Shown: positions 10,125 to 22,030 of the stretch, one piece after another
Layout of the letters: every line of letters starts with the position of its first letter
Numbering within the stretch: the first letter of the stretch is position 1
Assembly: GCA_963789955.1 (NCBI GenBank)
Contig: CAWBMV010000012.1
Span: 64,001 to 128,000, forward strand
Source of the DNA: an uncultured Candidatus Rokubacteria bacterium
GTDB taxonomy: Bacteria; Methylomirabilota; Methylomirabilia; Rokubacteriales; CSP1-6
Direction of reading: 5' to 3'
Length of the DNA: 64,000 nucleotides
Notes under the pieces: generated by a model
The model's input: only the letters and a program-made list of their open reading frames with translations
Databases searched by the model: none
What the model was told of the DNA's origin: nothing
Made by a program: the position numbers and the translations under genes

Positions 10125-10948
10125 GTGGCCGGCCACGGTCGGACCGGTTCCATCGTCCTCGAGCGAGTCACGCAGCGGTTCCCCGTCCCGCGTGAGGATC
10201 GAGAGTTCACCGCGGTTCAAGACGTCTCCATCGACGTGCGCGGCGGCGAGTTCATCTCGATCGTCGGGCCCTCCGGCTGCGGCAAGTCGACGCTGCTGAG
10301 CCTGTCGCCGGGCTCGTGCCGGTCACGGCGGGACGAATCACCATCGACGGACAGCCGGTCAGCGGCGTGAATCCGCGCCTCGGCTTCGTCTTTCAGCGGG
10401 ACGCGATCTTTCCGTGGAAGACCGTGGCCCAGAACGTGGGGCTGCCGCTCCTGTTCCGCGGTGTCGACACGGCGAGCGCGCGCCCGCGCGTGGCCGAGTG
10501 GATCGGGCGCATCGGTCTGACGGGGTTCGAGCAGTATCACCCCTACCAGCTCTCGGGCGGGATGCGCAAGCGCGTCGCGCTGGCGATGACGATGGTGTAC
10601 GAGCCCGAGATCGTCCTGATGGACGAGCCGTTCGGCGCGCTCGACGTGCAGACGCGCAACCTGATGGAGAACGACCTCCTCGAGATCTGGGCGCAGCTCC
10701 GGCGTACGGTGGTCTTCGTGACCCACGATCTGGAAGAGGCGATCGCGCTGTCGGATCGGATCGTCGTGATGACCGCCTCGCCCGGGCGGGTGAAAGCGGT
10801 CTATCCGATCGACCTGCCTCGCCCGCGCTCGGTCACCGAGATCCGGTTTCATCCCGACTTCGGCCGGCTGTACGAAACGATCTGGAAGGACTTGAGAGAC
10901 GAGGTACGCGTTGGCTACGAGCGGAGCCAAAAAGGTCTCGTGGGCTGA
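10125..10948 (+). CDS. ABC nitrate/sulfonate-type ATPase (TauB/SsuB-like); frameshift near 10,308
   Basis: Walker [10 protein letters not shown] in the first frame; [14 protein letters not shown] and VTHD in the second. Confidence 0.92.
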
Positions 10949-11696
10949 GATCCGCTTCTGGCGGATCGTCCTCCTGGTGTCGTTCCTGGGGCTCTGGGAA
11001 GGGGCGACGCGCTGGGGCTGGGTCGACAAGTTCTTCGTCAGCCAGCCCACGGTGCTGGCCGCTCAGCTCGGCGAGTGGATCTGGAGCGGCTTCATCTTCC
11101 GGCACCTCCTGGTGACGATGAAGGAGACGATCATCGGGTTCCTGCTGGGAACCTTGCTCGGCGTCGCGGTCGGGTTCCTGTTCGCGCACTGGGAGAAGCT
11201 CGCGCACATCTTCGACCCGCTCATGGTGGCGCTGAACGCCATGCCGCGGGTCGTGCTGGCCCCGTTGTTCATCCTCTGGTTCGGTCTCGGACTCCTGTCG
11301 AAAGTGGTCATGGTCATCTCGCTCGTCTTCTTCGTCGTGTTCTTCAGTACCTTCACGGGGCTTCGGGAGGTCGATCGAGACCTCGTCAACAACGCCCGCA
11401 TCCTCGGGGCGAGCCCGCGCCACATGATCCGGCACGTGCTGCTGCCCTCGGCGCTCACGTGGATCTTCGCGAGCCTTCGCACCAGCGTCGGCTTCGCGCT
11501 CATCGGCGCCGTGGTCGGCGAGTACCTGGGCTCGCACGAGGGGATGGGCTACGTGATCTCGTACGCGGAATCGATGTTCAACGCGACCGGCGTGCTGGCC
11601 GGGCTGATCGTCCTGATGGCGGCGGTCATCGCGATCGACGTCGCCCTCAAGCGATTGGACGTACGGTTTTCCTACTGGAAGCCGACCCGGTGGTGA
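10911..11696 (+). CDS. ABC permease (SsuC/TauC-like)
   Basis: TM-rich; ARILGAS loop, VVGEYLG. Confidence 0.9.
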   Translation: MATSGAKKVSWAEIRFWRIVLLVSFLGLWEGATRWGWVDKFFVSQPTVLAAQLGEWIWSGFIFRHLLVTMKETIIGFLLGTLLGVAVGFLFAHWEKLAHIFDPLMVALNAMPRVVLAPLFILWFGLGLLSKVVMVISLVFFVVFFSTFTGLREVDRDLVNNARILGASPRHMIRHVLLPSALTWIFASLRTSVGFALIGAVVGEYLGSHEGMGYVISYAESMFNATGVLAGLIVLMAAVIAIDVALKRLDVRFSYWKPTRW

Positions 11697-11719
11697 CGCG
11701 CGGTACGCGGGAGGAACCC

Positions 11720-12736
11720 ATGACAACGCATTCGGGACGCATCGCCGGCGTGATCGTTCTGGTCGCGGCTCTGCTCGCCGCGGGTTGGTCGAGCGCCAGA
11801 GCCGCCGAGAAGGTCACGGTCGGTATCGGCGGGGTGGCGCTCATGGTCTACCTGCCGACCGTCCTCGCCAAGGACAAAGGGTTCTTCGCCGAGGAAGGGC
11901 TCGATGTCGAGATCCTGGACATCAAGGGCGGCGGGTCGCAGGCCGCGTCGGCGCTCATCGGCGGCTCCGTGGACTTCAGCGCGAACGCGATCGATCACGC
12001 GATCAAGGCCAAGACTCAGGGCAAGGACCTGATCGCCGTGCACTCACACGTGCGCCTGCCGGTGATGGGGCTCGTGGTCGCCAACAAGTACAAGGGCGTC
12101 ATCAAGTCGCTGGCCGATCTCAAAGGCCACCCGGTGGGCGTGACCTCGCCGGGATCGCAGACCCACATGGTCCTCGGGTACCTCCTGGTGAAGGCCGGCG
12201 TGAAGCCGAGCGACGTGCAGATCATGGGCGCCGGCGGCAACACCATGCCGCTGGCCCTCGAGAAGGACTCGGTGCACGCGGGGATGATGGTCGATCCGTT
12301 CTTCACCGCGTTCATCAAGCAAGGGAAGGGCTTCACGCTCGTCGACATGTTCACCAGCAAGGGCACCCTGGACGCGATGGGCGGCGAAGTGCAGGGGACG
12401 ACGCTGCTCACGCGTCCGGACGTCATCGCCAAGCGCCCGGCGACGGTGCAGAAGATGGTGAACGCGCTCGTCAAGGCCAACAAGCTCATCACGAGCTCGT
12501 CCGGCGACGAGCTGGCGCGACTGCTCCCGAAGGAGATCAGCGGCGATCCGAAGCTCTACGCCGAGTCGTTCGAGCACGCGCGCGAGGCGTTTCCCCCCGA
12601 CTCACTCGTCAGCCGCGACGGCGTCGCGCGGGTGATCGAGACCATGCGCGCCTTCGACGTCGTGCCGGCGGGCATGAAGTTCGAGCCCGAGAGCGTCTAC
12701 GACAACCGCTTCGTGCTGAAGGCGCTCGGCCGCTAG
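11720..12736 (+). CDS. ABC substrate-binding protein (NMT1/SsuA-like)
   Basis: GGAGG SD, signal peptide ARA-A, KGFFAEEGLDVE, VGVTSPGS. Confidence 0.9.
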   Translation: MTTHSGRIAGVIVLVAALLAAGWSSARAAEKVTVGIGGVALMVYLPTVLAKDKGFFAEEGLDVEILDIKGGGSQAASALIGGSVDFSANAIDHAIKAKTQGKDLIAVHSHVRLPVMGLVVANKYKGVIKSLADLKGHPVGVTSPGSQTHMVLGYLLVKAGVKPSDVQIMGAGGNTMPLALEKDSVHAGMMVDPFFTAFIKQGKGFTLVDMFTSKGTLDAMGGEVQGTTLLTRPDVIAKRPATVQKMVNALVKANKLITSSSGDELARLLPKEISGDPKLYAESFEHAREAFPPDSLVSRDGVARVIETMRAFDVVPAGMKFEPESVYDNRFVLKALGR

Positions 12737-13821
12737 CCGACCTGGTAGCGCTTCATCGCGGCCTGGTCGAACGCGAGCCCGAGCCCCGGCTTCTTCGGCA
12801 CCACGAGCTGGCCGCCCTCGATCGGCGGCGTCTGCTCGTAGAGATTCAGGGTCCACGGCATGTACTCGACGGTCAGGCCGTTGGGAATGGCCGCGACGAG
12901 GTGCACGTGGATCTCCGGGACCAGATGGCTCACCACCGGCAGATTGAAGGCTTCGGCCATGCCGGCGATCTTCATCCACTGCGTGATGCCGCCCGCGCGC
13001 AGGAGATCGATCATCACGATGTCGATCGAGCGGTGCTCCAGCAGATGGCGGAAGGGCACGATGCCGTAGTGATACTCGCCCGCGGCGATCGGCGTGGTCA
13101 GCGCGTCGGCGATGCGGGCCATGCCGGGATAGTCGTCGTGGGTGGTCGGATCCTCGAGCCAGAAGAGATGATACGGCTCGATGCGGCGCCCGATCTCGAT
13201 CGCCTGGTTCACGCTCCAGAGCTGGTTGATGTCGCACATCAGGTCGATGTCCGGCCCGATCGACTCACGCATGACCCGCACGCGCTCGACCGACGCGGCC
13301 ACCGTCGGCTCGCTCCCGCATTGCATCTTCATCTGGCGGAAACCCATGTCGCGCAGACGAGGCCCCGCCTTCGCGAGGTAGTCGGTCGGGTGAGGGCGCA
13401 TGAGGGCGCCGCTCGCGTACGTCGCGACACGGTCGCGAAGGCCGCCGAGCAGGGCGCAGACGGACTGGTTCATCGCCTTGCCCTTGAGGTCCCAGCACGC
13501 GATGTCGACCGCCGAGAGCGCCAGGGTGAAGATGCCGCCCGGGCCCGAGCTGCCGGCCGCGCGCCGGAGCTTGGCGGTGATCGCCTCCACCTGGGTCGGA
13601 TCGTCGCCGACCGTGAGCCGGGCGAGCTCGTCGACCGCGACCTTGAGCGCCGGGGTGAGCGCGCCACCGAAGAACGTGAGGCCGAGACCCACCGCGCCCT
13701 GATCCGTGCCGAGCTCCAAGGTGACGAACTCGCGTGTGTCGGTCGGTGCGGGCAGGCCTACGACGAGCGGGTTGTCGGCCGGCGTGCGCAATACACGGGT
13801 CGTGACGTGCGTGATCTTCAT
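12733..13821 (-). CDS. Mandelate racemase/muconate lactonizing (enolase superfamily) enzyme
   Basis: SAVDIACWDLKGK, CDINQ, WLEDP, AAGE, VEYMPW; AAGGAG SD. Confidence 0.92.
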   Translation of the reverse strand: MKITHVTTRVLRTPADNPLVVGLPAPTDTREFVTLELGTDQGAVGLGLTFFGGALTPALKVAVDELARLTVGDDPTQVEAITAKLRRAAGSSGPGGIFTLALSAVDIACWDLKGKAMNQSVCALLGGLRDRVATYASGALMRPHPTDYLAKAGPRLRDMGFRQMKMQCGSEPTVAASVERVRVMRESIGPDIDLMCDINQLWSVNQAIEIGRRIEPYHLFWLEDPTTHDDYPGMARIADALTTPIAAGEYHYGIVPFRHLLEHRSIDIVMIDLLRAGGITQWMKIAGMAEAFNLPVVSHLVPEIHVHLVAAIPNGLTVEYMPWTLNLYEQTPPIEGGQLVVPKKPGLGLAFDQAAMKRYQVG

Positions 13822-13979
13822 CGGGCCGTCTCCTTCGAGATTGTGGCCGCTACAATACACGTTCGTGGATGTTCAATCCATGGCGGAGCCAATGTCGCTC
13901 GTGACGGTCCTCGCGGACTCGCCAGCCTTGCGGCAACACGAAAGCGTTCAGGGGGGTGCGCAGCCCGCACAGCAGTACC

Positions 13980-15201
13980 CTACGGGAAGTGTCCACCGGG
14001 CCCGATCGATTCGGCCTCGAGGGCAGTCTCCAGTCGTTCGAGGTATTCCGGCGCGAGACGCGCCGCCATCGTTCTGGCCATTCGACCGACCAGCAGGTCC
14101 CAGTCGTACCGGCGCGCGACCGCCTGACGGGCTCGACGACGCTCGGGAGTATTGGCCGACGGCTCCAGCGCCTCGGAGATCGCCGCGGGCCAACCGTCGG
14201 CCTGGCTGACGAGCGTCAAGACATCGCCGAATTCCTCGACCGAGCGAATCGGAGCCGTCACGACCGGGCGCCCGCTTGCCAGATAGTCGTGCATCTTGAG
14301 CGGGTAGATGTACTTCGTGTAGCCGTCTACGCGATACGGCATGACGCAGACATCGAAGTGCTGCGGATACGCGCCGAGCTGCTGGGGCGTCTTGAATCCG
14401 AGGAAATGGACGTTGGGGTGGCGCGAGAGGTCGTGGACGGCAGCCTGAGTCCCGGGATGTTCCTGAACGGGACCGACGAAGACGAAGGACCATTTCGGCT
14501 CGGCAACGGGCAACCGTTTCAGCAGGGACCAGTCCAGCTGACGCTTGATCACGCCGGTATAGCCGATCCGCGGATGCGGGATCGACGCGATGTCGGCCGG
14601 CTGCGGCGAGTCGGCGGCGAACGCCGCGTAGTCCGTGCCGTTCGGCGCGAAGGCAGTGTGCGTGTTGAGCGTACCCTTCTTGGCCATGAGCCCAGGTGAG
14701 CCGATGAAGACCTGGTCGACCGTCTCGATCAATTGTCGCTCCACGGCGTCGACAGGTCCGTCGATGTCGGAGAACGTGTACTCGTCATCAATATGGTAGC
14801 AGGCCCGCTCGAACGAGAGACCGCTCAGGGAGCTGAGGAACTCGGGCCGCCAGACGTAGAGAATGATCGTCTTGCAGCCCTGCCGGAGGAGCAATCTCCT
14901 CGCACGCTTTAGTCGTGCTCTGCCGGGTCAGGCTCGCGAGCCACGAGGGCCGGTACAGTCTGGGAAGCCACGACTCCGGTTCGTATACGCAGAACCCGGC
15001 GGGTGGCGCGATTCCGAAGCCCGGTAAGGGCTCCCTCGAGGTCTTGTCCAGAATGTCTGTCCACGTCTTCGGCGGGTCGACCCATACCACCTGGAAATAT
15101 CTCGCCAGCCTAGTGAGCACTTGGTGACGCACCTGCCATACCGAGTTCCACGGATCCGGCACCAGAGCGAGGACGCCGACGTCGGGGAGGATTGGTCCCA
15201 T
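13980..15201 (-). CDS. GT-B glycosyltransferase (GT4/TuaH-like); frameshift near 14,900
   Basis: RHQVLTRLA N-terminus, YHIDDEY, PNGTD, IGYTG, PLKMHDYLASGRPVV. Confidence 0.85.
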
Positions 15202-15382
15202 AGGGCCAGGAGCCGATCGATCGCAGTCGAGGTGGTCGTTGCCTCCTCCCGCCGGCTCAGAGATCGTAGATCCTCTCGACGAGCCGAGCATTGGCAGATC
15301 GACCTTCGCGGGCTCTCGATCGCTTCGGGTGGCTCTTATGACCGCATCGTGGCCTTGATGATCGCGCGCAACCGGCTACTTA

Positions 15383-15412
15383 ACCCTAGAAGGCGGGCCG
15401 GTTCTGTGTCAA
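15383..15412 (-). promoter_or_regulatory. Putative sigma-70 promoter for the glycosyltransferase
   Basis: TTGACA-N18-TAGGGT on the minus strand. Confidence 0.45.
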
Positions 15413-15501
15413 GTAACAGGATATCGGATTCACCAATGGCTAGCCGGCGGTGCTAAGCTCACCCTAGCGCTCGCGGGCTGTCCAGCTCGTAGGGGCCAGG
15501 A

Positions 15502-18500
15502 ATGCACTGTCCTCACTGTCAGACCGAGAACCGCCCAGGCGCGCACTTCTGTCGGGAGTGCGGGGCCAGCCTCGAAGCCGTCTGCCCACGCTGCGGAGCC
15601 AAGCTCGAGCTCGGCAGCAAGTTTTGCGACAAATGCGGCGGCAATATCGGAGCCACTCCAGTTGCAGCGCGCGAGCCTCGATTCCCCTCTCCCGAGAGCT
15701 ACACGCCACGGCACCTCGCCGAGAAGATCCTCACGTCCCGGAGCGCTGTCGAGGGCGAGCGTAAACACGGTGACGGTGCTGTTCGCCGACCTGAAGGGCT
15801 CGATGGAGCTGCTCGCTGATCGCGATCCCGAAGACGCCCGTCGCGTCCTCGATCCGGTTCTCGAGCTGATGATGGAGGCGGTGCATCGGTACGAAGGGAC
15901 GGTGAACCAGGTGCTGGGCGACGGCATCATGGCGATCTTTGGTGCACCACTGACCTTGGAGGACCACGCCCTTCGGGCGTCGTACGCGGCCTTGACGATG
16001 CAAGCGGCCATCCGCGCTCATGCGGAGGAGGTCCGGCGCTCCGAGGGGATCTCGATCGAGATACGCGTCGGGCTCAATTCGGGAGAGGTGTTGATCCGCA
16101 CGATCGGCAACGACCTCCACATGGACTATTCGGCCGTTGGCCAGACCACCCACTTGGCCGCGCGTATGGAGCAGCTGGCGGCGCCGGGTAGCATCATGAT
16201 CACCGGAGATACGAAGCGGCTGCTGGAGGGCTACGTCCAGGTCGCTCGGTCGAACAGGTAAACATCAAGGGCCTGAGCGACCCGATCGAGGTCTTCGAGC
16301 TCCTCGGCGCGGAGTTCTCGAAGACCCGCCTGCAGGCGGCCGGTGCACGCGGGCTCAGCCGCTTCGTCGGGCGCCAGCACGAGATCGACGTGCTGACCGC
16401 AGCCCTCCAGGAAGCCGAGCGCGGCCACGGCCAGATCGTGGCGCTGGTCGGTGAAGCCGGAGTCGGTAAGTCACGGCTGGTCTGGGACTTCATCCGATCC
16501 GATCCGGTCGCAGGGGTGGGTCGTCCTCGAAAGCCGGTCCGTGTCCTACGGCAGAGCGACCGCCTACGGCCCCGTTCGCGACTTGCTCAAACGGTTCTTC
16601 GCGGTCGAAGATCGCGACGATGCGCGCGCCATCACCGACAAAGTCACCGCCAGGGTGCTGAGCCTGGACCGTCTCCTCGAGGAGACTATCGCCCCGGTGC
16701 TTGCGCTTCTCGGCGCGCTTCCCGACGAGCCCATTTTCCAGCTGGACCCTCCAGAGCGCAAGCAACGCACCCTCGAGGCGATCCGGCGGTTGCTCCTGCG
16801 GGAGAGCCGCGTCCAGCCCGTGCTGCTGATCTTCGAGGATCTGCATTGGATCGATTCCGAGACCCAGGCTGTTCTGGACACGATGGTCGAGAGCCTGCCG
16901 GCCACCCGGATCCTTCTGGTCGTCAACTATCGCCCGGAGTACCAGCACGGCTGGGGCAACCGCAGCTACTACCGCCAGCTCCGGGTGGACCCGCTGCGCC
17001 GGAGAGCGCCGACGAAGCTCCTGCGGGCGCTGCTGGGAAATGATCCGGGTCTTAAAGCGCTCAAGCAACTTCTGGTCGACCGTACCGAGGGCAATCCTTT
17101 CTTCCTGGAAGAGAGCATCCGGACCCTCGCCGAGACTCACGTTCTCGTCGGCGAGCAAGGGGCATACCAGCTGGCCAAGCCTCTCGAGGGGATTCAGATC
17201 CCAGCGACGGTGCAAGGAGACTGGCGGCTCGTATCGATCGCCTGGCCGAGGACAAGAAGCTTCTGCTGCAAGTCGCCTCGGTCATCGGCAAGGACGTGCC
17301 CTTCGATCTTCTGAAAGCGATCGTCGGCCTGCCGCCGGACGAGGTCCACTCAGGTCTCGCTCACCTCCAGGCTGCGGAGTTCGTGTACGAGACGAGCCTC
17401 TTCCCGGAGCACGAGTACACGTTCAAGCACGCGCTGACGCATGAAGTGACGTACGGCGGACTGCTCCAGGAACGGCGGAGAACCTCCACGCGCAGATCGT
17501 CGAAGCGATGGAGCGGCTTCCCGCCGGGCGATTGGCCCAGGAGATCGAACGGCTCGCCGAGCACGCCTACCGTGGCGAAGTGTGGAACAAGGCGGTGAAC
17601 TATCTCCGACGGGCGGGAACGAAGGCCAGCGGCCAGTTCGCGCACCGGCAGGCGGTCGGTTCTTCGAGAACAGGCGCTCGTGGCGCTGCGGCACCGGCCG
17701 GAGACGCGTGAGACGCTGGAGGTCGGGGTCGATCTCCGGTTCGACCTGCGCAACGCGCTCTTCGCGCTCGGGGAGCTGGAGCGGATCCTCGACTATCTGC
17801 ACGAGGCGACGAGCCTGGCCGAGACGCTCGGCGATCGGCGTCGACTCGGATGGGTCGCCGCCTACCTGACCCACTATTTCTGGCGTATGGGCGATCACGC
17901 CCGCGCCATCGAGTCGGGCCAGCGGGCGCTCGCGATCGCAGAGGAACTTGGGGACTTTGGGCTCCAGACGACGAACGTCAACCTGGGGCTTGCATACTAT
18001 GCGGTGGGCGACTATGCCCTCGCGATTCCTTGTCTCCGAAAGACCATCGCGTCGCTCTCTGGCGATCGGGTCGGCGAACGATTCGGTTGGGCCGCCCTGC
18101 CGGCCGTCACCTCACGCGCGTACCTCGTCGGTTGTCTCGCCGAGCTCGGCGAATTCCGCGAGGGGATCGGCGTAGGCGAGGAAGCGATCAAGATCGCCGA
18201 GACCGCCAATCATCCCTTCAGTCTCGGTCAGGCCCTGCTCAATCTCGGCGTGCTCTATCTGCGAAAGGGCGAGTTGCGGCTCGCCACAGCGTTACTGGAG
18301 CGCGGACCGGGATTGAGCGGAGTGAGTAAGGTCTCGGCGCTAGCCGCCGGAATCGCGGCCGCGCTCGGCTACGCGCAGGCGCTGTCGGGGCGCGTCAAGG
18401 ACGGTATTCCACTTCTGGAAGCAGGTGTCGAGCAGGCGGGCGCGAATCGGATCACGGCCCGGCATTCCCTCTGGGTCGCCTGGTTGGCCGAGGCGTACAT

Positions 18501-18841
18501 GCTAGGCGGCCGCGGGGACGAAGCGAGCACCGTGGCCGAGCGCGCGCTTGCGCTCTCGGGGTGAGCACAACGAGCGCGGCAATCACGCCTACGCGCTCCG
18601 GGGGCTCGCGGAGATCGCCGCGAAGTTCGGGCCCCGACGCGGACGCGAGGCGGGCGACTTCTACCTGGCCGCGATCGCCGAAGGGTCGGCGCTCGGCATG
18701 CGGCCGCTCGTCGCGCGGTGCCGAGCCGGCCTCGGAGTCTGGTATCGCGGCGCTGGGCGCATCTCGGAGGCCGAGCAGGAGCTTCGCGTCGCCGGGGAGA
18801 TGCTGCGCTCAATGGGAATGACTGCGGCGCCGCTCGAGTAG
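15502..18841 (+). CDS. Double zinc ribbon + class III adenylate/guanylate cyclase + AAA/STAND ATPase + TPR protein; about 7 frameshifts
   Basis: Four CxxC; VLFADLKGS, GDGIMAIFGAP, RVGLNSGEV; GEAGVGKSRL; FEDLHWID; GNPFFLEE; FKHALTHEV; TPR-like tail, spread over successive frames. Confidence 0.88.
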
Positions 18842-20655
18842 CGCCCGGTGCTCTTCCAGCGAGGCGCGGGCGCGCGCCCGAGCCTCGACCAACGCTCCGA
18901 TGCCGCCCCGACCATAGCGCGTCATGATTCTCGCCGTGTGGACCAGATCCCACAGGCGGGGCTCTCGCCAGCGGCCGCCTGGCCAGGTAAGACCGATGGC
19001 ATCGCTGCCGGCAAAGCCGAGGTCCTTGCCGTCGAAACCCGGAAGGTAAGGAGGCTGAAGGCGGCTTCGCAGGAGCACAGCGATCTCGACGGCCGAGAAG
19101 GGTCCGCCGAAATCGGGATCGGATAATTCCATCGGGTGTAAGTACGTGGCCGGAATGTCAGAAGGTCGCGAGTGCGAGGACGGGATATCGGCGAACGCCG
19201 GGAAGTGACGCTGTAGCGCGAGCCCCTGGAGGCGCCGCTCGCCCTTGACGATCGGATCGAGCGTCAGCGCGTGCTCCATGACCTCGTTGTCGAGATAGGG
19301 ACAGAAGGACTCCACGCGGAGGTTCAGGAGCCCGTACGGTAGCAACGCGACGACCGCCCGTGTTCGCCCCAGCAGATGAAGAACGACAGACGGTTCGGCC
19401 CCTCCGGGATCGCCTGAAGCGCGTCTCGAAGCCGGGAAGACAAGGACCGGGACACGAGTCCGTCGAATCTTCTGTCCCACGCGGCCGCCTCCGGCGCGAT
19501 GATATTCAGCAGATCGGAATCCGGTCGCCAGCGACCCCAGTGAGCCCGCGGCAAGGCGTAGAACGGATTGTTGAAGAGCGTATCGCCGGCCATCCCGTCG
19601 AAGTTCTGTGCCTCGTCGGAAGGCTCCAGACTGGCGGCGAGCGGCAGAGCCCAGATGTGATGACGTCCGAAGACCTGAAAGTCCAGGAGGACGTCGCGCA
19701 CCGCGCGCGCCGCTCGCGGTGTGATCACCCCTTTCCTCTCCGGAACCTCCACGAGTCGATGGGGAATGCCGAGCCGACGGCACAACTCGCCCGTCACGGC
19801 AGGCTCGATCGTCGTTCGCTCGAGACCGGGATAGGGCCAGATCGATGTCACCGTATCGAATCTCGCGCCGACGGCATGCCCCTCGAGCAGGATGCGGCGT
19901 GAATCATAGCCGGAGCTGAGAAGACACAGGGCGCGTGCGGTCCTCGACAGAAGATGGCTCAACACGCTACGCAGGCGCGCCTGCGACTCGTCGAGGAAGG
20001 CCGTGACATCCTGCTGCTTGAGGGCGGGCAGCGCGTCGAGCGACCAGTAGCGCGTTGCGTGCCGCCGCCCGGGCGAGAAGTCGATCCAGGTCCCCGGCGG
20101 GACGCGCTCGACATCGCGGAGAAACGTTCGAGTCCCGAGCGGAAAGCCAAGCGCCATGAGTTCCTGCAGCGTGTCGTAGTCCAGATCGCGCCGCCCCACG
20201 CGGCACGCGGCGACGGTTCCGAGATCTTCGGCAAATGCGAGCCCGGCCGCGTCCTGGAGAAAGAATAGCGGCCGGATGCCGAGACGATCGGTCGCCAGAA
20301 CGCAGCGTGCCTTGTGCCAATCCACGATCGCGAAGGCGAACACTCCGTTGGCTCGGCGCAGCCAGTGCCAGTCTCCCGCTCGATATCTATCGAGCACGGC
20401 CTGAGCTTCGCCGGTCGGCGGGGGGGCGGGATCTCGAAAGTAGCCCGAAAAGAGCACTGCGGCTTCTGCGTCGGCCGCGAGGTGACGGGCCGGTGGCCGC
20501 GGCTCCGGTGACCAGAGGCCGAGGCGTACGCGCGGATCCCCTGCCGGGGAGCAGTCGACGGCGTGGTTGCCGAGCAGCGCCAGCATCGGCGGCCACGTGG
20601 CGACGTCGAGTGGCGCGGCGCACTCCCAGTCGAAGCGTCCGCCGAAGCGGCTCAT
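18809..20655 (-). CDS. Asparagine synthase-related protein (polysaccharide amidotransferase-like); frameshift near 19,362
   Basis: ANGVFAF, TDRLGIRPLF, LLSSGYDSR PP-loop, DGMAGD, and PYLDNEV in a second frame; no N-terminal Cys. Confidence 0.8.
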
Positions 20656-20765
20656 GCCGAGGACGGTCCGCTCAACGCTGCGCCGCGACCCGGAAGCTTG
20701 ACAAAGGCCGGCGGGGCCGGCGAGCCTGTCGAGAGGGCCGCGTGGTCACCGCGCGGCGACGACAG

Positions 20766-21662
20766 ATGCAGTCCCTGATCAGTATCGTGATCGCGACGCG
20801 AGACCGCGGCGCCCAGCTCAGAGCGTGTCTGGAGGCCCTGCGTGTCAGCGCGTTACCCTCCGGCTGGAGCGCCGAGGTCATCGTCGTCGACAACGCCTCC
20901 ACGGATGACACGGCGAGGATCGCAGCCTCCTTTCAAGCTTCGCACGGGGATCCCACTTTTCACTACCTGATGGAGCCGCGCCAGGGCAAGAGCTTTGCCG
21001 TCAACCGGGGCGTGTCGGTCGCTCGCGGGGCCATCGTGGCCTTCGTGGACGACGACGCCGTCGTCGATTCCCGTTGGATCGTCGAGATCGTCGAGCAGTT
21101 TCGGCACGACCCGGGGCTGGGTGTTCTGGCGGGCCGCGTCGTCGCACGGGAAATCAATGGGCGGCGGGAGGGCGTCACGGTCGGTGTCGACGAGGTGCCT
21201 CTGAGCGTGGCGAAGCCGCTGCTGGGGCTCGTCATGGGATGTAACCTTGCCGTCCGCCGCGAGGCGATCGCTGTGGTCAAGGGGCGAGACACGCGGCTCG
21301 GGCCGGGACGAGGACTTTCCGCTGAGGACATCGACTTCGTCTATCGAATTCTCAAGGCGGGATTCAGAGGGCGGTTCTCGCCGCGTCCGACGGTCGCGCA
21401 TAGCCCGGGTCCTCGTGACCGGCGCCGCGAGTACCTGCGAGGCCGCGGCGCCTACTATGCAAAGCACGTATCGCGGGGCGATCTCGTCATCGCGCGCCAG
21501 GCGTGGTGGGAATTCGTCAGGCTCTGGCGAGAGCTGAGGCGGCCGCGCGCGGAACGCGCGGGCTCACCGCTCGAAGACCTCCGCCAGCTCGCGGCGGGTG
21601 CCGGCATGATGCTTGGGCGCATCGTGGTGTCGATGCGGCCCGGGGGGGCGGGGGCGCGGTAG
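20766..21662 (+). CDS. Glycosyltransferase family 2
   Basis: ISIVIATRDR, VVDNASTD, AFVDDD, GCNLAVRR, AED. Confidence 0.92.
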   Translation: MQSLISIVIATRDRGAQLRACLEALRVSALPSGWSAEVIVVDNASTDDTARIAASFQASHGDPTFHYLMEPRQGKSFAVNRGVSVARGAIVAFVDDDAVVDSRWIVEIVEQFRHDPGLGVLAGRVVAREINGRREGVTVGVDEVPLSVAKPLLGLVMGCNLAVRREAIAVVKGRDTRLGPGRGLSAEDIDFVYRILKAGFRGRFSPRPTVAHSPGPRDRRREYLRGRGAYYAKHVSRGDLVIARQAWWEFVRLWRELRRPRAERAGSPLEDLRQLAAGAGMMLGRIVVSMRPGGAGAR

Positions 21663-21686
21663 CTCCGGTCCTTGTCCCTCAGCGCG

Positions 21687-22005
21687 TCACGGCCGTGAGC
21701 GGGCTCGCTCGACGCGGCGGTTGCGCAACCAGCACCCGAAGCTTCCGGGGAGCTGGCCTTCTTCGCCGATCGCGCGCGATAGTCGGGCGATCGTTTCGAC
21801 CCGACCCTGACGGCGCACGACGTACGTCATCAGCGCGGACGCGGTCGATTGCCGCAAGCCCGTCGAACGCGCGCCGGACATGCGGGTCGATGAACTGGCG
21901 CCCACGCCCGGCTCTCCGGGGCCGAGTTGAACGTCGTCCACACGTAGAGCTGGCCGTCGCCGATCGGACGAGCCCGATGCGCTGGCCGCGGCCGAGGAAC
22001 TCGTG
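21687..22005 (-). pseudogene. Remnant of an FAD-dependent monooxygenase
   Basis: Fragments EFLGRGQRIGLV / IGDGQLYVWTTF / ALMTYVVRRQGRVETIARLSRAIG..GCWLRNR in shifting frames; GxGxxG and GDAAH segments absent. Confidence 0.55.
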
Positions 22006-22030
22006 GAGAGGGGCATCGGCGGGCGGATCG

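Noticed and set aside
15502..18841. Possible anti-phage STAND (Avs-like) system
   Set aside because: The architecture is the common zinc ribbon-cyclase-ATPase-TPR type, with no nuclease or other defence effector or context
18809..20655. Possible lasso peptide cyclase
   Set aside because: No B1/B2 genes or precursor seen; glycosyltransferase neighbours favour glycan modification
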